Assembly (NCBI GenBank): GCA_965224715.1
Contig: OZ245054.1
Location: 2,004,334 to 2,068,333, forward strand
Direction of reading: 5' to 3'
From: Spirochaetota bacterium
GTDB lineage: Bacteria > Spirochaetota > UBA12135 > COTS27 > CAXSBA01
Length of the DNA stretch: 64,000 bases
Part shown: positions 51,505-59,279 of the stretch, in pieces
Layout: each line of letters opens with the position of its first letter
Position numbering within the stretch: position 1 is the first letter of the stretch
Program-made: the position numbers and the translations under genes
Notes under the pieces: generated by a model
Told to the model about the DNA's origin: nothing
The model's input: the letters and a program-made list of their open reading frames with translations, nothing else
The model's database searches: none

Positions 51505-52137
51505 CTATTCAGAACAAGATTTCTTTATTTTTTGAACAGCTTTTTTTTCTTCATTATCCATTTTTAAATCATATTTGTTTTTAATATTTATCCATAAATC
51601 AGCATATTGACAAATAAAGCTTTCTTGAGGCAACCAATGAGCTATATCTTTAGCGCCTTTGCTTCGATTAGCTTTCTTAAATACTGCCAGCAAATTTTCA
51701 TGATCGTTGGCAAATTCCTTTTTTTGTTTCTTAGTCCAATTCTTTCCACCAGATAAGTAAGCCTCTTTAAGAGGGACAACATGATCGATGTCAAGATCAC
51801 TGCTCTTGTAATAATATTTTTTTGTATAAAACCCCCACCATTTACCTGACAAAACTTTACACTTTTTCTTAGTTTTAAAAGTTACGGGAATTTCACTAGA
51901 AGCAATAAGTATTTCATGGCGTTCATTTTGACAATCTCCATCATCATCAATCCAATGTCTCCAGTTTTTGCGGTTGTATTTTTCATTAGCTTTTTTTTGA
52001 GGTGATACAATACTCTCATTATGATAATGATATGAGCCATCCATATAATGACCCCCATATTTATCAGTTCTTCCTGAATGAGAAAAGCTAAACCAACAAA
52101 TGGCGATCAATATAATGACTGTTTTTTTTAACTTCAA
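51505..52137 (-). CDS. Secreted YHYH-motif / DUF1524 (His-Me finger, HNH-like) nuclease
   Basis: Signal peptide (VIILIAICWFSFSHS), GGHY...YHYH motif, WRHWIDDDGDCQNERHEIL, and the DUF1524 catalytic block DIDHVVPLKEAYLSGG...FANDHENLLAV...ANRSKG. Confidence 0.8.
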   Translation of the reverse strand: MKLKKTVIILIAICWFSFSHSGRTDKYGGHYMDGSYHYHNESIVSPQKKANEKYNRKNWRHWIDDDGDCQNERHEILIASSEIPVTFKTKKKCKVLSGKWWGFYTKKYYYKSSDLDIDHVVPLKEAYLSGGKNWTKKQKKEFANDHENLLAVFKKANRSKGAKDIAHWLPQESFICQYADLWINIKNKYDLKMDNEEKKAVQKIKKSCSE

Positions 52138-52229
52138 TCTACTATAATAAAGTTATAACCACAAAACCATTACATGGTCGAGGTGCTAATAAGCACAACT
52201 TTGGAGACAAAAATTTTTACCATCCCTAT

Positions 52230-52242
52230 CGTATTATAACAT
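52230..52242 (-). promoter_or_regulatory. Candidate extended -10 promoter (TGTTATAAT) upstream of the HNH/DUF1524 gene
   Basis: Second exact copy of CGTATTATAACAT, embedded in a ~110-bp direct repeat shared with the hsdR upstream region. Confidence 0.4.
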
Positions 52243-52314
52243 AGCGGAAATGGAATCGCAGAGGGCACAGAGACCGCAAAGAAGAGAAACCGAAAAAATT
52301 ATCGCCTGATTATT

Positions 52315-52476
52315 TCATCTTCTGTACGAATCCGTCAAGTCTTTGCTTGCACAGTAGTTAAATTCGAATCTATTTCTTCCTCTTTCTTTCTCGTCTGGAC
52401 TACCAATGAAACAAACACCATCATCTAAATCGTACTCTAATCCTTTGTCTGGAGTAGGATTAACAGTAGTATTCAT
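52315..52476 (-). CDS. Hypothetical small protein (53 aa, below the ORF-track cutoff)
   Basis: Hand translation gives MNTTVNPTPDKGLEYDLDDGVCFIGSPDEKERGRNRFEFNYCASKDLTDSYRR. It has an ATG start and a TGA stop. It lies 58 nt downstream of the 61-aa ORF on the same strand. No family was recognised. Confidence 0.3.
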   Translation of the reverse strand: MNTTVNPTPDKGLEYDLDDGVCFIGSPDEKERGRNRFEFNYCASKDLTDSYRR

Positions 52477-52534
52477 TAAAAAAGAACCTTGAACATAAAA
52501 ACGAGGGTGTAATTCTTTTGGCTTGTTTCTTTTA

Positions 52535-52720
52535 CTATTTCTTTTTATATCCTAATTTTTCTAATTCGTTATAAATAAACTTATGAGTCATGTTATTATG
52601 CTCTTTACATAAATCCTTTAAGGCTTGTTTTACTCCTGATGAATTTGTGTATTGATTTACAACATAGTTGCGTTCATGTTTTTCTGAACAGTTAAAATAT
52701 TCCCAATCTGATTTAGACAT
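52535..52720 (-). CDS. Hypothetical small protein (61 aa)
   Basis: ATG preceded by a strong SD (TAAGGAGGATTTTATG on the minus strand), with a TTGACT hexamer further upstream. No family was confidently recognised. Confidence 0.5.
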   Translation of the reverse strand: MSKSDWEYFNCSEKHERNYVVNQYTNSSGVKQALKDLCKEHNNMTHKFIYNELEKLGYKKK

Positions 52721-53025
52721 AAAATCCTCCTTATATTCTACATAATAATGGTATCATACTATCTTATGAAAAGTCAAGTTTTTTAGTTTTCTTGTGCTGA
52801 ATTCAAGGGGCAAATGAACAGTAAATAAAAAGAGGAACATTCCTATACGATTGTTAATAAACCCAAATCAAAGGAAGTCCCTACGGATAGTGTATCACAA
52901 TCGTATTCTCATATTCCCTGACCCGTTTAATCCATAAATAAGATTAGTTTTCTTATCGGTTTCCAAAGAAGTAGATTCTTTGTAACTGGCTATGTTATTT
53001 ATTGTAATTTTTGTTATTATTTCGC

Positions 53026-54228
53026 TCATACCTGAACATCTCCATTCATAAGTTTAGGCAATAGCAAATCTCTTAATAATTTTAGGTTTTGGTTTTTCTT
53101 AACAAGTATTTTGGTCTGAGCCAATGTGATAGAAACAAATTCATTGAATAATAAAACAAACTTCTTCTTTGGAATTAGAATATCCATTCCACGAAAAGCT
53201 GTTTTATTTATTTCTTTAAAAGTGGTACCACCAGCATTTGAAATGATTTCATACTTTCTAAACATTAAATTGTATAAAAAATACCATCGAAAATGTTCAT
53301 CATTTGGTATCAATGATATAAATCCCTGATTTGTACAACACGGATTATCGAAAATCCCAAAAAATCCAATTGAAGCACGACTGGTCATAAGGATAGTATT
53401 CTTTGGTAACATTTTCGCGCTACTTTTTTGAAGCCCCAGAGGAGTTATTTTTCTATCTGAGCCAAGAAGTATGAGACTATTATTATTAGTTAAGTCTTTG
53501 GGTACAAACCACTCTATTACCCCATTATCCCAAAACTCTGACTTGGAAGTTGAAGGGGTGCCACCTCCAATACATTCACACACCTCCCCCAGCGTCCTCC
53601 TCTCCCATCCCTCGGGTATCCCGTCCACAATCTTTACCTTCTCGTGCCCGGGAAACTTGAACCGCACAAACCACTCCTTATACAAATGCCGTGCCGCCTG
53701 TTCCAACAGAGCAATACGGCGGTTGTTGTTTTCAATCAGGTCATCGTAGGCGGAGAGGATGTCGGCAATACGTTTTTGGGTGGGGAGGGGGGGGAGAGCA
53801 ATTTTAATATCGGCTATAGCCTCCTTTTGGGCACGTTGGCGGCCAGAAGCACCAACCATACTTTTTATCGCAGGTCTAGTAATTGTCTCACTTTTAGAAA
53901 GATAATATAAATAGTGATTATCTATCTTCTTTTCTTTTGGTCTAAAAACGATATACTCAGTTGACCCAAAAGCACCAGTTGTTTCCAACTTTGGTACAAA
54001 TGCAATTTTGCCGTGCTCTAAACAAGGAGTAATTCTGGCAAAAATTATGTCATTCTCGCAGAACCGTGCCCCACCACCTTTTAGTGTACGCTGGCCTTTG
54101 GGGTACACATTCTTTTTTTCAGGATTGACATCCTCCATAGGAATAAAATCATAGTTTTCCCCTTTTATTAAAGGTACTTTTGGATTTATTTGTACAATTT
54201 CATCAAATCGGTAAATTTTCATACTCAC
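53026..54228 (-). CDS. hsdS: Type I restriction enzyme, S (specificity) subunit
   Basis: 400 aa. Two target-recognition domains are separated by the conserved central helix (LPPLPTQKRIADILSAYDDLIENNNRRIALLEQAARHLYKEWF). A C-terminal conserved helix is also present (LLRDLLLPKLMNGDV). GTG (54228) or ATG (54222) start behind GGGAGGTGGTGGA. Confidence 0.9.
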   Translation of the reverse strand: MSMKIYRFDEIVQINPKVPLIKGENYDFIPMEDVNPEKKNVYPKGQRTLKGGGARFCENDIIFARITPCLEHGKIAFVPKLETTGAFGSTEYIVFRPKEKKIDNHYLYYLSKSETITRPAIKSMVGASGRQRAQKEAIADIKIALPPLPTQKRIADILSAYDDLIENNNRRIALLEQAARHLYKEWFVRFKFPGHEKVKIVDGIPEGWERRTLGEVCECIGGGTPSTSKSEFWDNGVIEWFVPKDLTNNNSLILLGSDRKITPLGLQKSSAKMLPKNTILMTSRASIGFFGIFDNPCCTNQGFISLIPNDEHFRWYFLYNLMFRKYEIISNAGGTTFKEINKTAFRGMDILIPKKKFVLLFNEFVSITLAQTKILVKKNQNLKLLRDLLLPKLMNGDVQV

Positions 54229-56236
54229 TCCACCACCTCCCAGTGTCCACCTTTCGCAATTCCTATCATTTCAATTTTTTCATGCTTTCTATTTTATAAC
54301 CGCAGAGGACCTGAGATCGCAGAAAAGTATAACTCCGCGCTCCTCCGTGCTCTCCGCGGTTTATTTTCTTCACTCCATCACCTCCCAGTATCCACCTTTC
54401 GCAATTCCAATCCACTTCAATTTTTCCATGCAGAGGACGCTGAGATCGCAGAGAAATGTAACTCCGCGTTCCTCCGTGCTCTCCGCGGTTTATTTTCTTC
54501 ACTCCATCACCTCCCAGTATCCGCTTTTCGCAATTCCTATCATTTCAATTTTGTAACCGCAGAGGACCTGAGATCGCAGAGAAGTATAGCTCCGCGTTAC
54601 TCTGTGCTCTCCGCGGTTTATTTTCTTCACTCCATCACCTCCCAGTATCCGCTTTTCGCAATTCCTATCATTTCAATTTTGTAACCGCAGAGGACCTGAG
54701 ATCGCAGAAAAGTATAACTCCGCGTTCCTCCGCGCTCTCCGCGGTTTATTTTCTTTCATTCCACCACCTCCCAGTGTCCACCTTTCGCAATTCCTATCAT
54801 TTCAATTTTTTCATGCTTTCTATTTTATAACCGCAGAGGACGCTGAGATCGCAGAGAAGTATAACTCCGCGTTCCTCCGTGCTCTCCGCGGTTTATTTTC
54901 TTTCATTCCACCACCTCCCAGTGTCCACCTTCGCAATTCCTATCATTTCAATTTTGTAACCGCAGAGGACGCTGAGATCGCAGAGAAGTATAACTCCGCG
55001 TTCCTCCGTGCTCTCCGCGGTTTATTTTCTTTCATTCCACCACCTCCCAGTGTCCACCTTCGCAATTCCTATCATTTCAATTTTTTCATGCTTTCTATTT
55101 TATAACCGCAGAGGACCTGAGATCGCAGAAAAGTATAACTCCGCGTTCCTCCGCGCTCTCCGCGGTTTATTTTCTTTCATTCCACCACCTCCCAGTGTCC
55201 ACCTTTCGCAATTCCTATCATTTCAATTTTTTCATGCTTTCTATTTTATAACCGCAGAGGACCTGAGATCGCAGAAAAGTATAACTCCGCGTTCCTCCGT
55301 GCTCTCCGCGGTTTATTTTCTTCACTCCATCACCTCCCAGTATCCACCTTCGCAATTCCAATCCACTTCAATCTTTCTATTTTATAACCGCAGAGGACGC
55401 TGAGATCGCAGAAAAATGTAACTCCGCGCTCCTCTGTGCTCTCCGCGGTTTATTTTCTTCACTCCAACACCTCCCAGTGTCCACCTTTCGCAATTCCAAT
55501 CCACTTCAATTTTTCCATGCTTTCTATTTTATAACCGCAGAGGACGCTGAGATCGCAGAAAAATGTAACTCCGCGTTCCTCCGTGCTCTCCGCGGTTTAT
55601 TTTCTTTCACTCCACCACCTCCCAGTATCCGCTTTTCGCAATTCCAATCCACTTCAATCTTTCTATTTTATAACCGCAGAGGACGCTGAGATCGCAGAAA
55701 AATGTAACTCCGCGTTCCTCCGTGCTCTCCGCGGTTTATTTTCTTTCATTCCACCACCTCCCAGTATCCGCTTTTCACAATTCCTATCATTTCAATTTTG
55801 TAACCGCAGAGGACGCTGAGATCGCAAAGAAATGTAACTCCGCGCTCCTCCGTGCTCTCCGCGGTTTATTTTCTTCACTCCATCACCTCCCAGTGTCCGC
55901 TTTTCGCAATTCCTATCATTTCAATTTTGTAACCGCAGAGGACGCTGAGATCGCAAAGAAATGTAACTCCGCGCTCCTCCGTGCTCTCCGCGGTTTATTT
56001 TCTTCACTCCAACACCTCCCAGTATCCGCCTTTCGCAATTCCAATCCACTTCAATTTTGTAACCGCAGAGGACGCTGAGATCGCAGAGAAGTATAACTCC
56101 GCGCTCCTCTGTGCTCTCCGCGGTTTATTTTCTTCACTCCAACACCTCCCAGTATCCGCCTTTCGCAATTCCTATCATTTCAATTTTTCCATGCTTTCTA
56201 TTTTATAACCGCAGAGGACGCTGAGATTGCAGAGGA
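54225..56236. repeat. Tandem array of 14 full + 1 partial hairpin-containing units (period 128-147 bp) between the GxxExxY gene and hsdS
   Basis: The core AACCGCAGAGGAC(G)CTGAGATCGCAGA.AA.T.TAACTCCGCG.TCCTC.G.GCTCTCCGCGGTT recurs 14 times. One copy (~54431) lacks the leading AACCG. The partial 15th unit starts at 56207. Core starts are 54298, ~54431, 54555, 54683, 54829, 54958, 55104, 55250, 55386, 55533, 55672, 55802, 55931 and 56061. Cores alternate with mosaic linker variants. Confidence 0.95.
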
Positions 56237-56617
56237 TTCTTGTAAGTTATTCACCAATCTTTTTATTCCATTTTTCACTTTGAGCGTATTGAAATTAATA
56301 ATTAGGCCAACTTGTAGATTTTTAATTTTAAGATAATTAAGTAATTGTGCTTCATCAATGTTCGTTAATTCTTTTACAGCTTTACACTCAATGATTACTT
56401 TATTCTCTACGAAAAAATCACAACGAAAACCTACATCCAGTTTCAATCCCTTGTATTTAATAGGCATTTCATATTCTTTTAAATAGGAAAGCCCTGCTAT
56501 ATCCATCTCTTTCGCCAATGCAGATTGGTAAACACTTTCAAGGAATCCACAACCAAGCTCCTTGTGGACTTCAATTGCACAGCTAATAATTTTTTCAGTT
56601 ATCTTGTTTATTTCCAT
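56198..56617 (-). CDS. GxxExxY protein (PD-(D/E)XK-like, PDDEXK_3 family)
   Basis: 139 aa with the eponymous motif in GCGFLESVYQSAL and a nuclease-like core (DFFVENKVIIECKAV). The last 11 codons (SAISASSAVIK) are encoded by repeat-array sequence. Confidence 0.85.
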   Translation of the reverse strand: MEINKITEKIISCAIEVHKELGCGFLESVYQSALAKEMDIAGLSYLKEYEMPIKYKGLKLDVGFRCDFFVENKVIIECKAVKELTNIDEAQLLNYLKIKNLQVGLIINFNTLKVKNGIKRLVNNLQESSAISASSAVIK

Positions 56618-56618
56618 A

Positions 56619-56644
56619 ACTCCCTCTGCGTTTCTCTGTGGTTA
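56619..56644 (-). repeat. Left inverted-repeat arm of the GxxExxY cassette (also supplies its SD)
   Basis: The minus strand reads TAACCACAGAGAAACGCAGAGGGAGTTATG. It starts at the hsdM stop codon. It is complementary in pattern to CCTCTGCAATCTCAGCGTCCTCTGCGGTT at the gene's 3' end (56207-56236). Confidence 0.6.
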
Positions 56645-58717
56645 TATCCCCAGTTCCTCAAAGTTTTTCTGGATTTTTTCGGCCAACACGACCGCTTCCT
56701 CATTAAGACCTTTTAACTCAGTATGAATTTCTCGCATTGTTTCTTCAAAATCAAAATCCTCGTCTTCCTCCTCAGGGGCAACGCCAACATACCTTCCAGG
56801 AGTAAGGCTCCAGTCATTTTTTTCGATTTCCGCTTTATCGACCAGTTTGCACAGACCTTCGACGTCTTGGTACTCTCCCTCCGGGAACCGCTCCAGCAGC
56901 CAGTTAGACTGCTTATGGAAATAGCGAACCTGTTTCAGGGTATTTATAAGCTCTTTCCGTTCCTCATCCAGGGCTTTCAGATTTTTAAGGATTTCTTTAC
57001 CATCCCAGGTATCGCTCTGTCTGGCTTTATATTCACCTTCTGCTACTTCAAGGTTTTTCTGAATGAGTTTAAACAGTAGGTCTATAGACTTTACTATGTC
57101 ACGGCTTTGTTCGGCAACAGGTTTCCACTCACCAGACAATCCCGATAGTTTTTTAATCTCCGCACCACCAGACTTCTTTTTACTTAACAAGGTAACCTGT
57201 TCGTTAAACGCACTTACATCACCGGACACAGTATCCAGAGCCTCGTTTAGTTCCTTGAACTGTTCCTGATGTTCCTCGGATAGTGACTGTTTACCAAGAA
57301 AGGCTTTAAGCGGTTTTACGATTTTATCCAGGGAATCCCGGAATTGTCCCAGAGGAGTAGCACAATCCAGTGCTGCCCCACAGGTTTTTGCAAGATAATC
57401 ACTTACCAGCGAAGCAAAGCGGTCATTCTCTTTTCGATATAGCCAGACTATGGAAGTAAGGCTTTTCTGCTGCTCAGGAGAAAAATCATAAATTACCCGT
57501 GTTACTTTGCGGTGAACATTACGGGCATCTATCATTAAGACCTTGTCGTTATTCGTCTTGGCTTTATCCAGAAACCATAATTCACAGGGAACGGTTCGTG
57601 TGTAAAAGAACCCTCCCCGAATAGCCATCATACAGTCAACGTGTCCAGTCTCAACCAGTTTACGGCGGACTTCTGCTTCCTTGTTTCCGGCACTGGAAGC
57701 CTGACTGGACATGACAAATCCACTTCGTCCCTTTTCACTTAGGTAGGAATAAAAATATGAAATCCACAGGTAGTTTCCATTGGATACTTTTTCTTTTTTG
57801 TTTACTCCAGGGAGACCAAACGGAAGCCTTGGGTCATTCTTTATTTTGTCCGCGTCCACCTCATCCACGTTAAAGGGAGGATTAGCCATTACATAATTTG
57901 CCTTCCCAATAAGTTCGTGGGGGTCTTCATAATACGATATTGCTTTTTGTATATTCCCCTCTAGTCCGTGAACAGCCAGGTTCATTTTGGCTAGACGAAT
58001 GGTAGTTGGGTTTTTCTCCATTCCATAAAATACGACCCTCTCGGAGGGACTTTGGTTATGGGCTTCAATAAAGTGAGCTGATTGAACAAACATCCCACCG
58101 GAGCCACAGGCGGGGTCAAGTACCTTTCCGTTTTCTGGTTCAATGACATTGACAATCATCTGGACGATTGATTGTGGGGTAAAAAACTCTCCGCCGTCAT
58201 GGGCTTTCAGACCAGCAAAACCAGTCAGAAAATACTCATAAATTCTACCGAATACATCTCCGTCGGCAGATTCCAGCGCGGGGTCATTGAAGGTTCTAAG
58301 CAGGTTCCCCAGGACATCATTATCGAGTTCCTGGTATTCACTTTTGGGAAGAACACCTTTCAGACCATCATAGTCGGTCTCGATACTTTCCATAGCATCG
58401 ATAATGGCTTTAGCTCTATCTTGCTCTGATGGTAATGACACAAGGTATTCAAACTGTGCCTTTTCCTGTAAGTACAAAGCACTCTTTCTAGCAAAGTCTT
58501 CTTTGGTTAATTCACGTGTTTTTCCACCACGGCTGGGGAGCGTTTTTACGATTTCTTCTTTAATCATCAAAAAACGGCTATAGGCATGACGTAGGAAAAT
58601 AAGCCCCATTACAGGCAGGAAGTATTCATTAGCGGCAAAGTTTGAGTTTGCCCGTAGGTTATCCGCACTCGACCAGAGGCGTTTTTCAATTTGTTCGATA
58701 TTTTCGAGTTGGCTCAT
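56642..58717 (-). CDS. hsdM: Type I restriction enzyme, M subunit (N6-adenine DNA methyltransferase)
   Basis: 691 aa. HsdM N-terminal domain, SAM-binding DPACGSGGM, catalytic NPPF (VMANPPFNV) and a long coiled-coil C-terminal extension ending in SLTPGRYVG. Confidence 0.95.
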   Translation of the reverse strand: MSQLENIEQIEKRLWSSADNLRANSNFAANEYFLPVMGLIFLRHAYSRFLMIKEEIVKTLPSRGGKTRELTKEDFARKSALYLQEKAQFEYLVSLPSEQDRAKAIIDAMESIETDYDGLKGVLPKSEYQELDNDVLGNLLRTFNDPALESADGDVFGRIYEYFLTGFAGLKAHDGGEFFTPQSIVQMIVNVIEPENGKVLDPACGSGGMFVQSAHFIEAHNQSPSERVVFYGMEKNPTTIRLAKMNLAVHGLEGNIQKAISYYEDPHELIGKANYVMANPPFNVDEVDADKIKNDPRLPFGLPGVNKKEKVSNGNYLWISYFYSYLSEKGRSGFVMSSQASSAGNKEAEVRRKLVETGHVDCMMAIRGGFFYTRTVPCELWFLDKAKTNNDKVLMIDARNVHRKVTRVIYDFSPEQQKSLTSIVWLYRKENDRFASLVSDYLAKTCGAALDCATPLGQFRDSLDKIVKPLKAFLGKQSLSEEHQEQFKELNEALDTVSGDVSAFNEQVTLLSKKKSGGAEIKKLSGLSGEWKPVAEQSRDIVKSIDLLFKLIQKNLEVAEGEYKARQSDTWDGKEILKNLKALDEERKELINTLKQVRYFHKQSNWLLERFPEGEYQDVEGLCKLVDKAEIEKNDWSLTPGRYVGVAPEEEDEDFDFEETMREIHTELKGLNEEAVVLAEKIQKNFEELGI

Positions 58718-58937
58718 TTTATATACTCTTTACCATTTAAGACTTATTCCAAATACTCGCTTCAAATCAACCGTTTAAACCGTCTTAAAAATAAGAACCT
58801 TATCAGTCGATAATAAAATTATACAATATGCCTTGTCAAACTCATTAAAGTTCTGACTTAAATGGCTCACTGTTAAACAAATTACCTATAATATCTTTTA
58901 ACCGATATCCCATTCTGCATATAATATAATTTATTCT

Positions 58938-59279
58938 ATGGACATCCTTTTTGAACTTTATGCTATATTGGAAAGTCGGAAACAGGCCGATCCTGCCTCT
59001 TCTTATACCGCTTCTCTCTACGTTTCCGGAACACCCGGAATTTCTCGTAAGGTAATGGAAGAGGCTTATGAAACTGTAGAGGCTGCCCTCCTTCAAGAAA
59101 ATATCGAACAAAAGCAATCACCTCCAGAAACACTTGTTCAGGAGATCGCCGATCTTTGGTACCATACTCTGGTTCTAGCTTGTCACCAAAACTTAAAACT
59201 GGAGGACATCCTTCAAACCTTGAAGAAAAGGAAAGGGAAAAGTGGACATGAAGCAAAACAAAACCGTGAAAAAAAGTAA
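58938..59279 (+). CDS. hisE: Phosphoribosyl-ATP pyrophosphatase
   Basis: 113 aa with the HisE pattern SYTASLY...KVMEEAYETVEAA...EIADLWYHTLVL. Confidence 0.85.
   Translation: MDILFELYAILESRKQADPASSYTASLYVSGTPGISRKVMEEAYETVEAALLQENIEQKQSPPETLVQEIADLWYHTLVLACHQNLKLEDILQTLKKRKGKSGHEAKQNREKK

Noticed and set aside
54190-56208. Series of plus-strand ORFs (164, 69, 131, 70, 78, 118, 75 aa) and a minus-strand 78-aa ORF with repetitive peptides such as LRALRGLFSSLHHLPVS
   Set aside because: They are translations of the tandem repeat itself. The plus-strand ORFs are antisense to the operon. Frames are broken by 1-nt indels between units, there are no credible RBS/start contexts on the plus strand, and the ORFs overlap one another. 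They are best treated as non-coding repeat sequence.
54225-56236. CRISPR array
   Set aside because: The units are 128-147 bp with no interspersed unique spacers; the linkers are themselves repeated modules. No cas genes or leader are present. It is a tandem satellite or hairpin array, not CRISPR.
58760-58937. Sigma-70 promoter for hsdM (TTGACA ... TATAAT on the minus strand near 58813-58834)
   Set aside because: Both hexamers are present, but they are separated by only about 10 nt, which is incompatible with a functional -35/-10 pair. The TATAAT may still act alone, but I cannot support a specific call.
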